Below are positions 41,668-54,772 of a DNA stretch of 64,000 bases, in pieces. The translations under genes and the position numbers were made by a program. The DNA is from Antedon mediterranea (taxonomy: Eukaryota; Animalia; Echinodermata): positions 17,435,237 through 17,499,236 of the forward strand of contig NC_092672.1 in assembly GCF_964355755.1 (NCBI RefSeq), given 5' to 3'. Under the pieces are notes generated by a model. It did no database searches and had not been told where the DNA came from. It was given only the letters and a program-made list of their open reading frames with translations. Within the stretch, counting starts at the first letter, position 1. The number at the start of each line of letters is the position of its first letter.

Positions 41668-44600
41668 TAGTCCAAGAGTTTTAGACAAAAAAAGGGCCAA
41701 AGGTAGAAATAAATATGCTAAAGCTGAATTTTTCAGGATAGGTCCCCAATGTTGTCTGGAACAACATACTAAAAGTCCCCGGGTTTCCCCGTTGTGCTTC
41801 AACCTGATTGGGCCATTTTTCAAAATGGCGGCCACCTTAACATTATTTACCATATTTTGACAACCAGTAGGTGTAAGTAAACAATTTTGGTGTCAAAATA
41901 CTCAGAAGACCAATATTTATATTCACTGTAACGGAGAAGTTTTTAAAAAAATGACCGGAAATGCCTGTTTTGACCTTTGACCATAAATTTGGATTATCTC
42001 AATATCTCTTCAACGACTGGCCGTAGAGAGTTCAAAAGTGTCCCAAATTATTCAGAATGCCCAACTTTCTATTCACTCTAATGAAAGAAAAATACAAAAT
42101 TCTATTAGAAACCTTCTATTCTGACCTTTGAACTATTGACCTAAGCATATTTTAATTTTATAGACATCATGGTGATCGATAGGGGTATTGCTAAACACCG
42201 CAAACCCCCGCAAACCTCCAAAAAAACATAGCAAACCCCATCGAACCAACATAAAAGTGATTGAATCATGTAGTGTACAACCCACTGGGTATATCAATGT
42301 AAAAAAAAATTTAATTTCTAATGTTAACAACTTATTTTTGGGGTAAAACATCATTTTTTGGTCAAAAATGATTGCTGAACCCCGCAAACCTCCAAAAAAC
42401 CATAGCAAACCCCACTGAACCAACATAAAAGTGATTGAATAATGTAGTGTACGACCCACTGGGTACATAAATTATTAAATTTCTACTGTTAACTACTTAT
42501 TTTTGGGGATAAAACATAATTTTTTGGTTAAAAATTAGCAATCATTTTTGACCAAAAAATGATGTTTTACCCCAAAAATAAGTAGTTAACAGTAGAAATT
42601 TAATATTTTTTTTACATGGATATACCCAGTGGGTTGTACACTACATGATTCAATCACTTTTATGTTGGTTCGATGGGGTTTGCTATATTTTTTTGGAGGT
42701 TTGCAGGGTTTAGCAATCATTTTTGACCAAAAAATTATGTTTTACCCCAAAAATAATTAGTTAACAGTAAAAATGTATTATTTTTTTTTACATGGATATA
42801 CGGTACCCAGTGGGTTGTACACTACATGATTCAATCACTTTTATGTTGGTTCGATGGGGTTTGCTATGTTTTTTTGGAGGTTTGCGGGGGTTTGCGGGGG
42901 GAGTACATAAGCGAAATTGGTGTCAAAATACTCAGAAGACCCATATTTATATTCATTATAATGGAAAAGTTTTTAAAAAAATGACCGGAAATGCATGTTT
43001 TGAACTTTGACCCTAAATTTGGATTATCTCAATATCTCATCAACGACTGGCCGTAGAGACTTCAAAGTTGTCCCAAATTATTCGGAATGCCCAACTTTCT
43101 ATTTACTTTAATGAAAGAAAAATACCAAAAACCTTTAGAAACCTTCTATTTTGACCTTTGAACTATTGACGTAGGCATATTTATTTTTATAGACATCTTG
43201 GTGATCGATAGGATACGAAATTGGTTTCAAAATTTATAACTTTGACCCTAAATTTGGGTTATCTCAATACCGCATCAACTGCTGGCCGTAGACTTCAAAA
43301 TTGTCCTAAATTAAGCAGTGCCCAACTCTCTATTCACTGTAGTTTATAAAGAAAAATACTAAAAGCCTTTTGCCATTTGAACTTGAACTTGGTGATCGAT
43401 AGGAATACATAAGCGAATTTGTTGTCAAAATATTCCAAAACACCCATGTTTTTTTACCTTTGACTTTAATCACTACATTATAATTTAATAATTTAAGCCC
43501 CAAATAGCATGATGGACATATCATACCATTCATCATGCCATGAGATGTCAAATTTATCTGAAACAGCCTAGAAAAAATGTCCGATGGACGAATAATAATA
43601 TTCATCAATATAGATATGAGGCCATAATTTCATGTATCAAAGGGTCACAATGTGTCATTTGACAAATCACCCAAATAATAAAATACAATATGAAACTCTT
43701 ACAAATCTATCAAGATGGATTATAAAGAAATTGTCACTGTAAAGTTGTTATGGTCTTCAACAGATTTTCATGCCCTTATTTTATTAACCATCATATAGTC
43801 CTGAAGTATTTTCAATTTTTAGAGAATTCTGATTAGAAAAAAAACAGAGAAAAATGTTCACATCTTAAAGATAAATGCAATAATTCTTTTAAAATTAAAT
43901 TGCATCATATCAGATAAGAATCGGAGGTATGACTAGAGCCTAAAATGAGACTTAGACTGAGACCTTGATGTACAGTGTGCAGTTTTAGACAATTTAAAAA
44001 ATGTTATAAGATGAATTATGTACTCCAGGCCTATACACAAAGAAATGTAATAGTGCAGCTCAATTGAAAAAAAACCCAAGTGTGTGTCAAATCAACCAGT
44101 AGTGGTGTCTGCTATATATTAAATGGCACTGCCGAAGAGGAAACATTTCAGAATTGGTGTAGCTCCAAAGTTTAAACATGGACATTAGCCATATAGAGAA
44201 GGCGTGGCATTTTTGGAGGACTAATTTCTAACCTTAATATTTCAAGACTAAATAAATAATAAAATTTGTTTGGTTACTAATGAATAAAAGAAGTGAAAAC
44301 AGGCTACAGCCCAAACAAACAGTAAAATGTATCATATATATAGTTTAAAATTGGGGCTTGGTTTGTCTGTTTAGCATCTGAGCAATTTGGAATGAACTTT
44401 AACTCTCATGGCAAGGCCATACTGATGAATTGTTAGATTCTGTCTATCTTTATGTCAACTTAAATTTAACTTTTTGCATCTAAGCCCTCCCTCTGGAGAG
44501 CACGGGCTATTGTCGGTTTATACAGGTAAGCTAGGCACAAAATAAGACTAATTCTTATTAAAATGTAATGATTAAGGTCAAAGGTCAAAACACTTTCAAT

Positions 44601-45186
44601 CGCATTTAGTACATTATTTGAGTAAACAGAAACATGGGTGTTTTGGAGTATTTTGACACCAAATTCCCTATGTATTCCTATCGATCACCAAGATTTCTAT
44701 ACAATTTTGGTATAAAATATGACCAGATCAAGGGTTCAAAGGTCAAAATAGAAGGTTTCTAAAGGAATTTGGTATTTTTCTTTCATTAAAGTGAATAGAA
44801 AGTTGGGCATTCCGAATAATTTGGGACAACTTTGAAGTCTCTACGGCCAGTCGTTGATGAGATATTGAGATAATCCAAATTTAGGGTCAAAGTTCAAAAC
44901 ATGCATTTCTGACCATTTTTTGTTAAACTTTTTCATTACAGTGAATATAAATATGGGTCTTCTGAGTATTTTGACAAGATTGTTTACTTACACCTACTGG
45001 TTGTCAGCATATGGTAAATAATTTTAAGATGGCCGCCATTTTGAAAAATGGTCCAATCGGATTGAAGCACAACGGGGAAACCCGGGGACTTTTAGTATGT
45101 TGTTTCAGACAACATTAGGGACCTATCCTGAAAAATTCAGCTTTAGCATATTTATTTCTACCTCAAAGTCTAATACTCCTGGACTA
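41668..45186. mobile_element. Academ-like non-autonomous element with TIRs of about 500 bp
   Basis: TAT|TAGTCCA(A/G)GAGT...GGACTA|TAT; long inverted similarity between 41700-42180 and 44680-45165. Confidence 0.8.
42184..42900. mobile_element. Palindromic repeat-built insertion (possibly MULE-like) nested in the Academ-like element
   Basis: Two ~180-bp units followed by two inverted units; CCGCAAACC motifs; empty-site-like sequence near 43395. Confidence 0.6.
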
Positions 45187-45214
45187 TATTACCACTTTCC
45201 TAAAAGATATTCGA

Positions 45215-45390
45215 AGAAATAGGTCTATATTTCGTATATTTAGGTCTTCCTTTTCGAGTTAGGTCTCCTTTTTCGTATAGTTGGGTCTCCCTTTTCGTAT
45301 TAGTTGGGTCTCCCATTTCGTATAGTTCGGTCTCTCCTTTCTTTTGATGGGTCTCCCTTTTCGTATAGTTGGGTCTCCTTTTTATACAAA
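45215..45390 (+). repeat. Minisatellite of about 22 bp
   Basis: Repeats of TTGGGTCTCCCTTTTCGTATAG. Confidence 0.8.
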
Positions 45391-46628
45391 GTGTGGAAAT
45401 TTGCCCATGATTTACTGTCTTGTCCAGAACCTGCGAGTTCTTTTTCGTTTTGTTGTTTTTCTAATTGTTTAAAGATGTATTGTCCCTTTGACTAAATTCC
45501 AAAAAAATTAAAATAAAAGATTTAAAAAAGTATCATAATAGTTATTAACTTTCACCAAAAATTAGTTGAAAAAAAAATCATTTAACTGAATATACAGATT
45601 TTTTTTGTTCAAAAAATAACTCTGACTTCCAAATAAAAATTACAAATAAAAATTACACAGTAATATTGCAAGCCATGGGACCCACATTCGTCCAATCAAA
45701 TTACAGGAATTTATTTAGGTGTTATATAGTAAATAGTAAATAGTCTTCTAGCCTTAGGCGTCATCTCCACTAAATATCGGACGAAGTGTATCGCGTCTAA
45801 AAATAGCAGTTCGTCTGCACGCGACAGTAATTTAATTTATCTCATTAAATTCTAATTTACATATTCATGAGGATTCCAGTTGTAGCCCCGCCCTTCAATA
45901 CCGATGCAGAAACTTGCGACCGGTCGCGTCTGTACGCGTTGAACGATTTATCGAACTCTGGTGCGTCCGCTTGCGACTGTTGTGTGTTGTGTGATGTCAC
46001 CGGGTAGCCAGGCAGTCGCGAAACTAGGCTACTTCGATCGTCCGTTCGGGGAACGCGAGGTGTCCCTTTGTACAAATGGTTCAACACTGGGCCCGGCTCC
46101 TTGCGGTTTACGCGTGATATATCATGTTCCATCCAGGGACCAAAATACGTAGTTACTTTCCAGGCGAAGTTTACCGACGCGTACCTCGTGTACTTTGTAT
46201 GTACGCTACACAGCAAAAGAGTACACACATTTACGATTAACCCTCTCTGTACAGTGGGGTACACCTACAATAAATGTTGTATTACAGGCCTACTGTATAG
46301 GCCTACACGGGGGCCTACATTTTGAACAATTGAACCAGATCGCCAAATTCCTCAATAAAAAGTTATATTTAGAGACAAGTTAAATAATATTCTTCGGTTT
46401 GTGTCGGCTTTCTATAAAGACTGATTTGACCTTTTGATCACGCACCATCGTGTATAAAACAAAAACAATTATTTACTGTACAGTAGTAATAATAACATGG
46501 CTATAAACTTCGATTTACTTCGTCCGGTCGCGATAGTATGCGTGTACTCTTTAGAATTATGTGATAATAGATTCGGTAACACGCTGCGTCTGCTCCCGAC
46601 TACTTTCGCCGGTTTGCGACCTGTTTGT

Positions 46629-47669
46629 CAGGCCCGTAGCCAGAATGCATCAGAGGGGGGTTTTCTTGACACCAAGTATTTTGCGAGCGCAGCGAGCAAC
46701 TGTAGGCTGGGGGCCAGGGGCCGCCAAGGGCCTTCGCCCCTGGAAGCTTTGGCTCTCAGAGCAATTTCGGTTGTTTTAATAAGCTTACAGAGACATTTTT
46801 TACCTACTAAAATCTGAGTTATGCAGAGAAATTATATAGTACAGTATTATGGAAGCTAGTAGTACTGATCATGAAATACAGCTTTATTGTTGCAAAAAAG
46901 TATATTATATTAGGCCCTTAAATAATTTCTTATCCTATAAACATAAAAAACAAATAGTACCGTATATTTCGGTGTACAAGTCGCACCTGTGTATAAGACG
47001 CACCCATAACGAGGATGACAATTTACCTTAGCCTAACTAAAAATTCAATAAACTTGTTACCACACTGTGGTTAGACAGAAATGAGTAACTAGCTAGGCCT
47101 ACATTGCAGAGTAGTACACTATTTTTAATTAATTTAAGTATTAGTAGGTAATTAAATTAATTAGGGTAACATTTAGAGGTCAAATTTGCGTGTCAAAAGT
47201 GCGTCTTATACACCGAAATATTCGGTAGGCCTACGTACACGTACCAATTTAATTCAGCACCATTTTTATTCAAGTTTACACAGTGAAATTCTTTGGTTTA
47301 ATGAAAAATATTTCCAGGAAAAAAATAAAAATCCCCAAAAAGATTGAACTGAACTGAACGTGAAAAGCCCGGCCGAAGCACGCGATTGGTCAGTCCATTT
47401 TTCTGTCACATTTATAACCATCATCTCTCAACAATCTCTCGATCTGACGCTCAGCAGTGACTTTGACATCGGACAATCTGTATATTCGATCGATTTACAT
47501 AGTCAATAGAAGTAAAATGACCAAAAAATCTGCTATAATTGATAATTAATTGCACGATTTTGGAAGTGGGGCCTTTGTTTTTCAAGGGGGGGTTCGCTGG
47601 TAAAAGGGGGGTTCGCGCAAAAGGGGGGGTTCGCCCGAACCCCAAAAAACCCCCCTGGCTACGGGCCTG
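46629..47669. mobile_element. CAGG-ended element with 5-bp TSD (hAT5-like)
   Basis: TTTGT|CAGGCCCGTAGCCAG...CTGGCTACGGGCCTG|TTTGT. Confidence 0.85.
46960..47225. mobile_element. Internally deleted Tc2/pogo-like MITE
   Basis: TA|CCGTATATTTCGGTGTA...TACACCGAAATATTCGG|TA; same family as 49703-50518 and the fragment at 38481-38575. Confidence 0.75.
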
Positions 47670-48582
47670 TTTGTGTACGGCGTATCAAAAATGTCATATT
47701 TTTGTATGATGCCTTTTCTGGTTTTTTTTGCCATTCGCCTTTATAAAACAAACATCCATTAACATTATTAAAAAATAGTAAACCTTTATTTTGTTAACGC
47801 ATGGAATATTCTTTACTCCATGGTTAACGTATGGCGGATAAATGACACATAAGCGTTTTATTAATTTTGTAGTGTGGGATAGCAATTCTAATTACAGTAT
47901 TAACCTTTTGTATTATAATCCTTTTGTATTTCGACACTGTTTATATGAAGCAATTTGACACAGCTGTTAAATTGTTAATTTCAGAAGCCATTGAATTTTC
48001 GCTTTGCGTTGGCTTCTTTTGTTACTGACTGCTTATTTTTAATATACATCCTTGTCTAATAAGTTGTGCATTATTTAATAATGCGGGTAGGGTGCATACT
48101 TTATTTTACTGTTAACATGATATTTAAGAAAAATAGTACTCTATGAGAATACCACCCAACAAAAAATCAGCTTTGGAAAAGGCAGTTTTGACGACCTAAA
48201 GAGCCAAAAATGGTAGTCATACACACATTTCCCTGTAAATGATAAATAAAAGGTTGAGAACATTTTGCCATTTTCTTTACTAAAATGGATATCATAATTA
48301 TAATGCTTTCTCTAGCTTGACAGTTGTCATTGGTGAAAACCATAGAAATATTATAATATCTATATGGTGCGTTCAAACCATAACAATAACTAAACTATAC
48401 GTCCCCTATAACATACGATTTCATTCGACATTTGTTTTTTATTTTTGTGTCTTAGTTCTGAGTGTGATTAGGCTAATTGCACCAAAACATTGTGAATGCG
48501 AGTTTGGTGTATATCCAGCTTTTCACAGTTCAAATCCCCTCAAAGTCCTGCTGAGGAATTTTTTTCCTTACTTAGGTACTTA

Positions 48583-51306
48583 CAGTACAGATAATAAATA
48601 CTGCAACATTTGGACGCGTAGACTACGTTTCGTACGCGTGGCCACTTCGTAGGTTTCGCGTGGCGTAATCTACGCAAGCTAACATGCTACGCGTAGTCTA
48701 CGCGTAGCCTACGAAGGGAGAGCTAGGAGGGGAAATCCCAATGTTCAGATTATTGTGTACTGTGCTACATGCACCACACGGAATTAGTTAACGAATTTGA
48801 ATACTAGTTTTCATCAAATTTAAAATGCGAGTTAATTACTGTGAAGTAATAATAAATGTATTAATATTAGTATTAATTACTGTGTGTTGGTTGTGTTAAA
48901 ATGGGACATTTATTTTTATGAAAGAAGAACAAGTGTAGTACATCTATCACCGATCGGCCAACGTACGGACGGACGGCGGTCGTCGTCTGTTTGTGTGAAA
49001 TGGCCTCCGGCTAGGCCTAGCTAGCTTGCTAAAAAGGTAGGGTTACCGGCGTACCTACCGACAGTTTAATTTTAAAATATGTGGTACGCCTATAGTACTT
49101 ATAGGCCTACTTAGTAGTAGTACTGTATGATAATCCATACTGTGTACAAGCGTTAAATACGATGTACATGGCGTGAAAATGTGAAATAATGTGGTATAGC
49201 CTAGCTAGGTGACAGAAGGATATTTTCTCGATACGACAGTTTTCGCCGTGAAGCTGCTGTTTACCCACGTGTGTGTATCGCGCAGTACCACTCTACAGTC
49301 TGAACTATGTTTGTTTACTAATACTAGGCTATAATAATGAACGATGTTTCGTTTTAAAATTGCGTTTAAATGAAATATTACGCTTATTTAGTACTACTGT
49401 ATGGGATAATATGAATTGTTTAAATACTGTAAATGTCAAAATAATAGAATACAAATACGATATTATTTTTGTTCCAACGGAAATCGAGACGGATCACTCC
49501 ATTTGTAATTCATTCGCCCAGTGTGTTTATATCCACGTGTTTATGATCCGCGGATGGATACTCTCTCTGAACTGTACTTTTATGTTTTGCTTTTAACCTT
49601 CAATTTAGTGAAGTTCAACTTTTATTAAATAAAGTCTTGCATATTTCCTAACCCTAAAATTTATTTTTATTTATAACTAAAATAACATTTATTTAAATAC
49701 TACCGTATATTTCGGTGTATAAGTCGCACTTTTGACACGCAAATTTGACCTCTAAATTAAGGGTGCGTCTTATACACCGAACATAAATGCCTCACCACAC
49801 AGATTGTACATAGGCCTAGGCTATCACCTCGTTTGCTAGGCCTGAGTAGGCTAGGCCTAGCTACAGTAACTAACTAACGTAACGGCAACCTGCTTCTGCC
49901 TAGTTTTCAAGTCATTTCAGCATGATTTGTTCATTATGGCGCTCCGATAAAATTTTATTTGTAAACGTTTACGTCGTACGATTGGAATAGTATTTATTTA
50001 TACAGTAGTTATACGCACGACCGCCGTACCCCAAGCGCAAGCCCTTATTTTGGTGGCCACATGGTGTACGGTATTCGACTAGTATATTCTCCAGGTGATT
50101 ATAGCATGGACCTAGCGTACACACTTCTCGGATACATAGATACTAATCGAATACGATTGTCCGTGAAAACGCGCGCCCTCTCGAAATGATCAAGCGAGGC
50201 TAGCCCACACACGTGCGTGTTACACACACGGTCATGCACTCGATGTTGCGGCGAAACTCATGAATAACAAGTTAGAAAGAACTTGTTGAGGCTGGGCGCG
50301 GCCGAGCCTAGGTAAGAAAAAACATAAATAAAGGATGCCGTTGTAGATATAACAAAATATATTATTACAATAATATTGATTACATTTTAAAAAAAACATT
50401 GTTTTGATGAAATATAAGGTGCGTCTTATACATCGACGATATAAAAAATACCGATATTTTACTCTCAGTTGGGGGTGCGGGTTATACACAGGTGCGACTT
50501 ATACACCGAAATATACGGTATCTAATTTATTATCGCGCATGACTAAAAAAAAACCAAAACAACAAGATCAGGCAAGCACATGTTATGCATGGAGGTATTA
50601 TACCATGTGTTATGTGTCCTCCGATCCTCCTCCTCTCTGCTGATGACGATGTTCTGAACAACCTGTAACTTGACCCTCCACCGATCCTCTGCTGCAGGTT
50701 GTTACAATAGCTAATAATGGAGTTTGATGTACAGTTACGACAGTTTCAAACCTGGATATTTTTTGTTCAAATGAAACATACTGAGTACTGTATTAATTAC
50801 TTATAAAAAATTAACTTCCAATTTTAGGCCTACTACTAATACTATTGCTATGGAAGGTAGTCATAATAACGGCCCGTCATCAATTCATTTTGTACACTAC
50901 TGCCTGGCCGGCGATGGTGAATGTACAGCAGTAGCCTAGGCTAGGCCTAGTTAATTAGACTTTTCGCGTCTAGCCTAGGCTTTGAGCAATTTTAATTGCT
51001 ATTTTCTTTAGAAAAATTTGAATTTCAAGTATGTTTAATAATGATGATGATATTATTGTATTGGCGAAACAATCGTATCATTTCTATTTATTCGAACCTT
51101 TCGTAGCCTGCTTAGCCGTCGACGATGTACTTGTACACAGTTGAGTTTGGGGAATTCCCACACACAGTTGATCACAACGTAGGCTACGAATGCTACGCGT
51201 AGCCTACGCACTACGAATGCTACGCCACGCAACCGCCACGCACCCGCCACGCGTAGACTACGTTACCTACGCGTGGCAAATGTTGCAGTAGTTTTTATCT
51301 GTACTG
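48583..51306. mobile_element. TA-flanked CAGTACAG-ended non-autonomous element, copy 1
   Basis: TA|CAGTACAGATAA..TACTGCAACATTTG TIRs; CTACGCGTAG subterminal palindromes; a highly similar inverted copy starts at 62499. Confidence 0.85.
49703..50518. mobile_element. Tc2/pogo-like MITE nested in the previous element
   Basis: TIR CCGTATATTTCGGTGTATAAGTCGCAC; the TA TSD is shown by the empty site in copy 2 (63251-63270). Confidence 0.9.
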
Positions 51307-51483
51307 TAGGTAAAACAACGGTGGTCAAACTATGGTAAAATTACTTTTAAGATTTATTTAATATAATTTATTGTAACGCTCACAAAATCGAAACGCCCAG
51401 TCGTTTCATTTGTTCGAAAAAGCACTGAAAAGTCGGAAGAGTCCACTTTAGGCTACATTGTTACAGATACAGTTCCGGTCTCA

Positions 51484-53823
51484 TTGAATTTATTTGTAGC
51501 ATATCTTTCTTGTCGTCAGCATTATGTTAAATACAAGCAATCACAAACCTTCAAGACTATTGACAAATTTGTTAATTACCGGCCTCCTGTAAAACGAGCA
51601 ATTGTAGACAAATTCCCGCAAATTATTGAAATAGCTAAAAACTTTATTGAAAGAAGTGGATTTGAAGCACATCGACGTCGCCAAAGCACCACCGGACACT
51701 GTGGAACTGGTCTGAAAGCGGTTCGGGACCATCTTCTTCACGAAGTACCAGGTTTGGCTGAGCAGCATCCCAATTTTAGTAAGTACAACATTTGATAAAT
51801 TATTATTTATATGGATATCCAAGTATATTAAATATATAATTAAACTAGGCCTATGAATCCGGGACGGGGACCCGGATGGATAAATCGACATAGCGTCGAC
51901 TTTTGTAATTTACCTAGTATAATCATAAAGAATTTTCCATGGTATAATGTGATCATGCAAAACAATGACAACTTTATTAATTTTCTTTCTGTAGGTATTC
52001 ATACTGTGCACCGCATGCTACAGGCCCCTCATCAAGGTCGTAACAGTTCAGCAAGGTACAAAGGTTTCATCGATGCTAAAGTTCCAAAAAAAGATAATGG
52101 AAGGATGAAAGAAAATGACAATGCTCATTTTTACAATGCGAGGGTGAAGTATTGCCTTCAATTAAGTGCAGCATTTCCGGATGTGTGTAGTGTATATTCT
52201 GTTGACAACAAAAACAAAGTGAAGATAGGTAAGATCAATCATATACAATTAAGAATTTTCAAATGTAACATCCACAGAATATTAACGGCCATACAAAATT
52301 GGGTGAGAATGTTAGGTGGATTCTGAAATAAATATTAATTAAAACAACTTATTTTACATTTAATTTGAATTGCTTATGATAATCTTGAAAGAAAAGCAGT
52401 TATGTAACGCAAAATTGTCGGCGAGGGAGTGAATGAGAATGGGTTTTGATGATAATCTGGAAACTCTAAAATAATTTTGTGAAATGTGCTATATTTCGTT
52501 GGAAAATACTTTTCTTTAAATTAATACATTATTTCTTTATTTAAGTGTACGAACCTAAATACAAAGTCATATCAATTATAACCAAGCCCTACCAGTAGAC
52601 CATACAAAGTGTTTTGAGAATGTGTATTGCATCAACTCTATGTTTGTATTACTATTATTATTATATTATTATTATTTATTGTTTTTATTTTTAAAGGAAA
52701 AGATGTCCCAGCTGTTGATCGAAGGACAAAAATAAGAAGAATATTTCCAACCATTGACAGGCCGGTGCTTTTAGATCACGACTTCCCAAGTCATTCAGGC
52801 TACCTAATTACACCATGTGGATATATGAAATTGACACTACCTAACCCCCCTGAAAAATCGATTGATTCGCTAGGTCGGCTAGAATACAAACTACATAGGA
52901 ATGGCCCCGTTACCATCATTAACAGGGGACCCATGACAAAATGCACCGTAGCCTCCCATATCAACGACCTGCTGCCAATAGTGAAAGAGGAAGTCCGTAC
53001 AGGAAAATCAATTTTAACTATAATTGCAGATGGCGGGTGCGACTTTAATTCCGGTCATCATACAAATTTACTATATTATGCTAGACTGTTTAGAGATACT
53101 GGCTTAGATGCTCTGATTGTGACAGCGTATGCTCCAGGACAATCGGCTCTAAATCCGATCGAACATGCCTGGGCTCCTTGTACATTAGCGTTAACGTCTG
53201 TTATGTTCACGGATCGACTTGAATGCGAAGACAGACCGCCATGGCAGCAAGGTTTAAACGAAGAAGAAATGCGTCTGAAAGAATGTAAAGTATTTGACAA
53301 CGCACTAAAAAACTTAGAACAATACTGGAAAAGTGTACATTTTAGCGGCGTTCCGATTAGTGTAAGCCACTTATTGTCTTCGTCAAAAGAAACGCCTTAT
53401 GATGACTACAGTCAAGTGCACGCTGTTATGGCGTCTAACAGCGGGAAAACGTTCAGACAAAGCAATCTTGTAGACGAGTCCCAGTTTATGCTTCAACATA
53501 TTGATAAAAGGAAAGGTTTTTTAGTTTTTTCTAAATGTAGAGACCCTAACTGTACACATTGCAGCCGCAATCCTATAATTGCCCACGATGTAATGAATGC
53601 CTGTTTTAATAGGGATGGATTTCCTTCACCCATGCAAAGCGAGAAAGAAGGACACTTCCTCACCATTCATGAGGTATTAAAGTTAAATTCATGGGATACT
53701 CTCGATCAGCTGATGCCACCTGCTGGTGGAAGATGTGCCATTTGTCCCGCATATGGATTCAACAGCAACGCAGAGATAACTTCTCACAGGAGAAAGTACC
53801 ATCCAAGGCAGCAGGTCCTTTAG
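51484..53823 (+). CDS. Spliced Zator/TP36-like DD43E transposase with C-terminal C2H2 finger (exons ~51500-51778, 51995-52228, 52697-53823; N-terminus unresolved)
   Basis: GT-AG phase-1 introns join three ORFs in frame. Motifs SVDNKNKVKIG, DHDFP, IADGGCDF and YAPGQSALNPIEH, with 43 residues between the second D and the E; CAIC-x12-HRRKYH at the C-terminus. Confidence 0.8.
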
Positions 53824-54269
53824 TTGCTATGTTTAAAACTACTTGTAATTTATATATGTTGGCCTATTTCAGCCTTTGTACACTGAAATATATCTGTATT
53901 TTATTGTATTTTTATATATCTAGTTTTTTATGAATTTTTTACATACTGTATATTTTTATATAACGTTTTAAACTTTTTTAAACGTTTTTTTATGCTGTTT
54001 GTTGCCTTTAGGAAGACAAATTTTAAAATATTATTTTTGGACAATAAAGTAATCTTGATTATCAATACTGTATACATATCGTAGTATAACTGCAATGATC
54101 TATTGATGTGTGAATCAGAATTAAAGATTTCCATTTTATGAATTTATTGTACTGTCTTGCTTGTATACTTTTGTATTATGGTATTTTTATTTATTTATTT
54201 TTTGCTTTCAGGGAATGTACGGCTATTATTATTTGAAGTTCAAACAAATAATAATTTCCAAATTCTTAA

Positions 54270-54772
54270 AGATGTATTGTCCCTTGAAACACAAAAAATG
54301 AAAAAAAAAATATTCTAAATTTAAATTGGCCATATCAAAGTGATATTAAAGTTATTCACTTTAAGTCGAAAATTCGAGGCAAAAACAACAAGTTTACGTA
54401 ATTAACAGGTAAATTAATTTAATTACATTTCGTCTGGAAAATCGTCACGAGTGAAAGTAAACAAAGATTTCAAACCACGAGTATGCATGATGCTAATTAG
54501 GATTGTTTACAACTCGTCGCGGTTGAGAAGGTGTTTTCACACAGATCGCGAGGAAGTTTTATGATTATGCATACAGAGTAGCCAAACAAGCGCGTTGCAT
54601 TATGAATATGTTTTGATCGAAAACTTTGACTGGAAGTCAAAGTTATTTTTTGAACAAATTTTTGGTCAAAGTTAATAACTATCATGATACTTAAAAATGA
54701 CACACTTTTTTTCGAAATACCCTGTATTAAAAAAAATTTTTTTTGGGAATTACTCAAAGGGACAATACATCT
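54270..54772. mobile_element. 503-bp TTAA-flanked TIR cassette (Kolobok-like termini)
   Basis: TTAA|AGATGTATTGTCCCTT...AAGGGACAATACATCT|TTAA. Confidence 0.8.

Larger units (their letters stand above)
45473..54772 (+). mobile_element. Candidate autonomous-type DNA transposon: TTAA-flanked TIRs of about 150 bp enclosing the Zator-like transposase
   Basis: TTAA|AGATGTATTGTCCCTTTGA at 45473 and TCAAAGGGACAATACATCT|TTAA at 54772; inverted similarity between 45473-45630 and 54625-54772. Pairing of the ends is inferred, since TTAA is not a unique TSD. Confidence 0.45.

Noticed and set aside
45857-46817. 100-135-aa ORFs in the GC-richer segment
   Set aside because: No recognisable motifs; one crosses a MITE boundary; probably chance ORFs.
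48317-48580. Possible upstream exon of the transposase
   Set aside because: The frame is open, but there is no diagnostic motif or convincing splice pair, so it cannot be supported.
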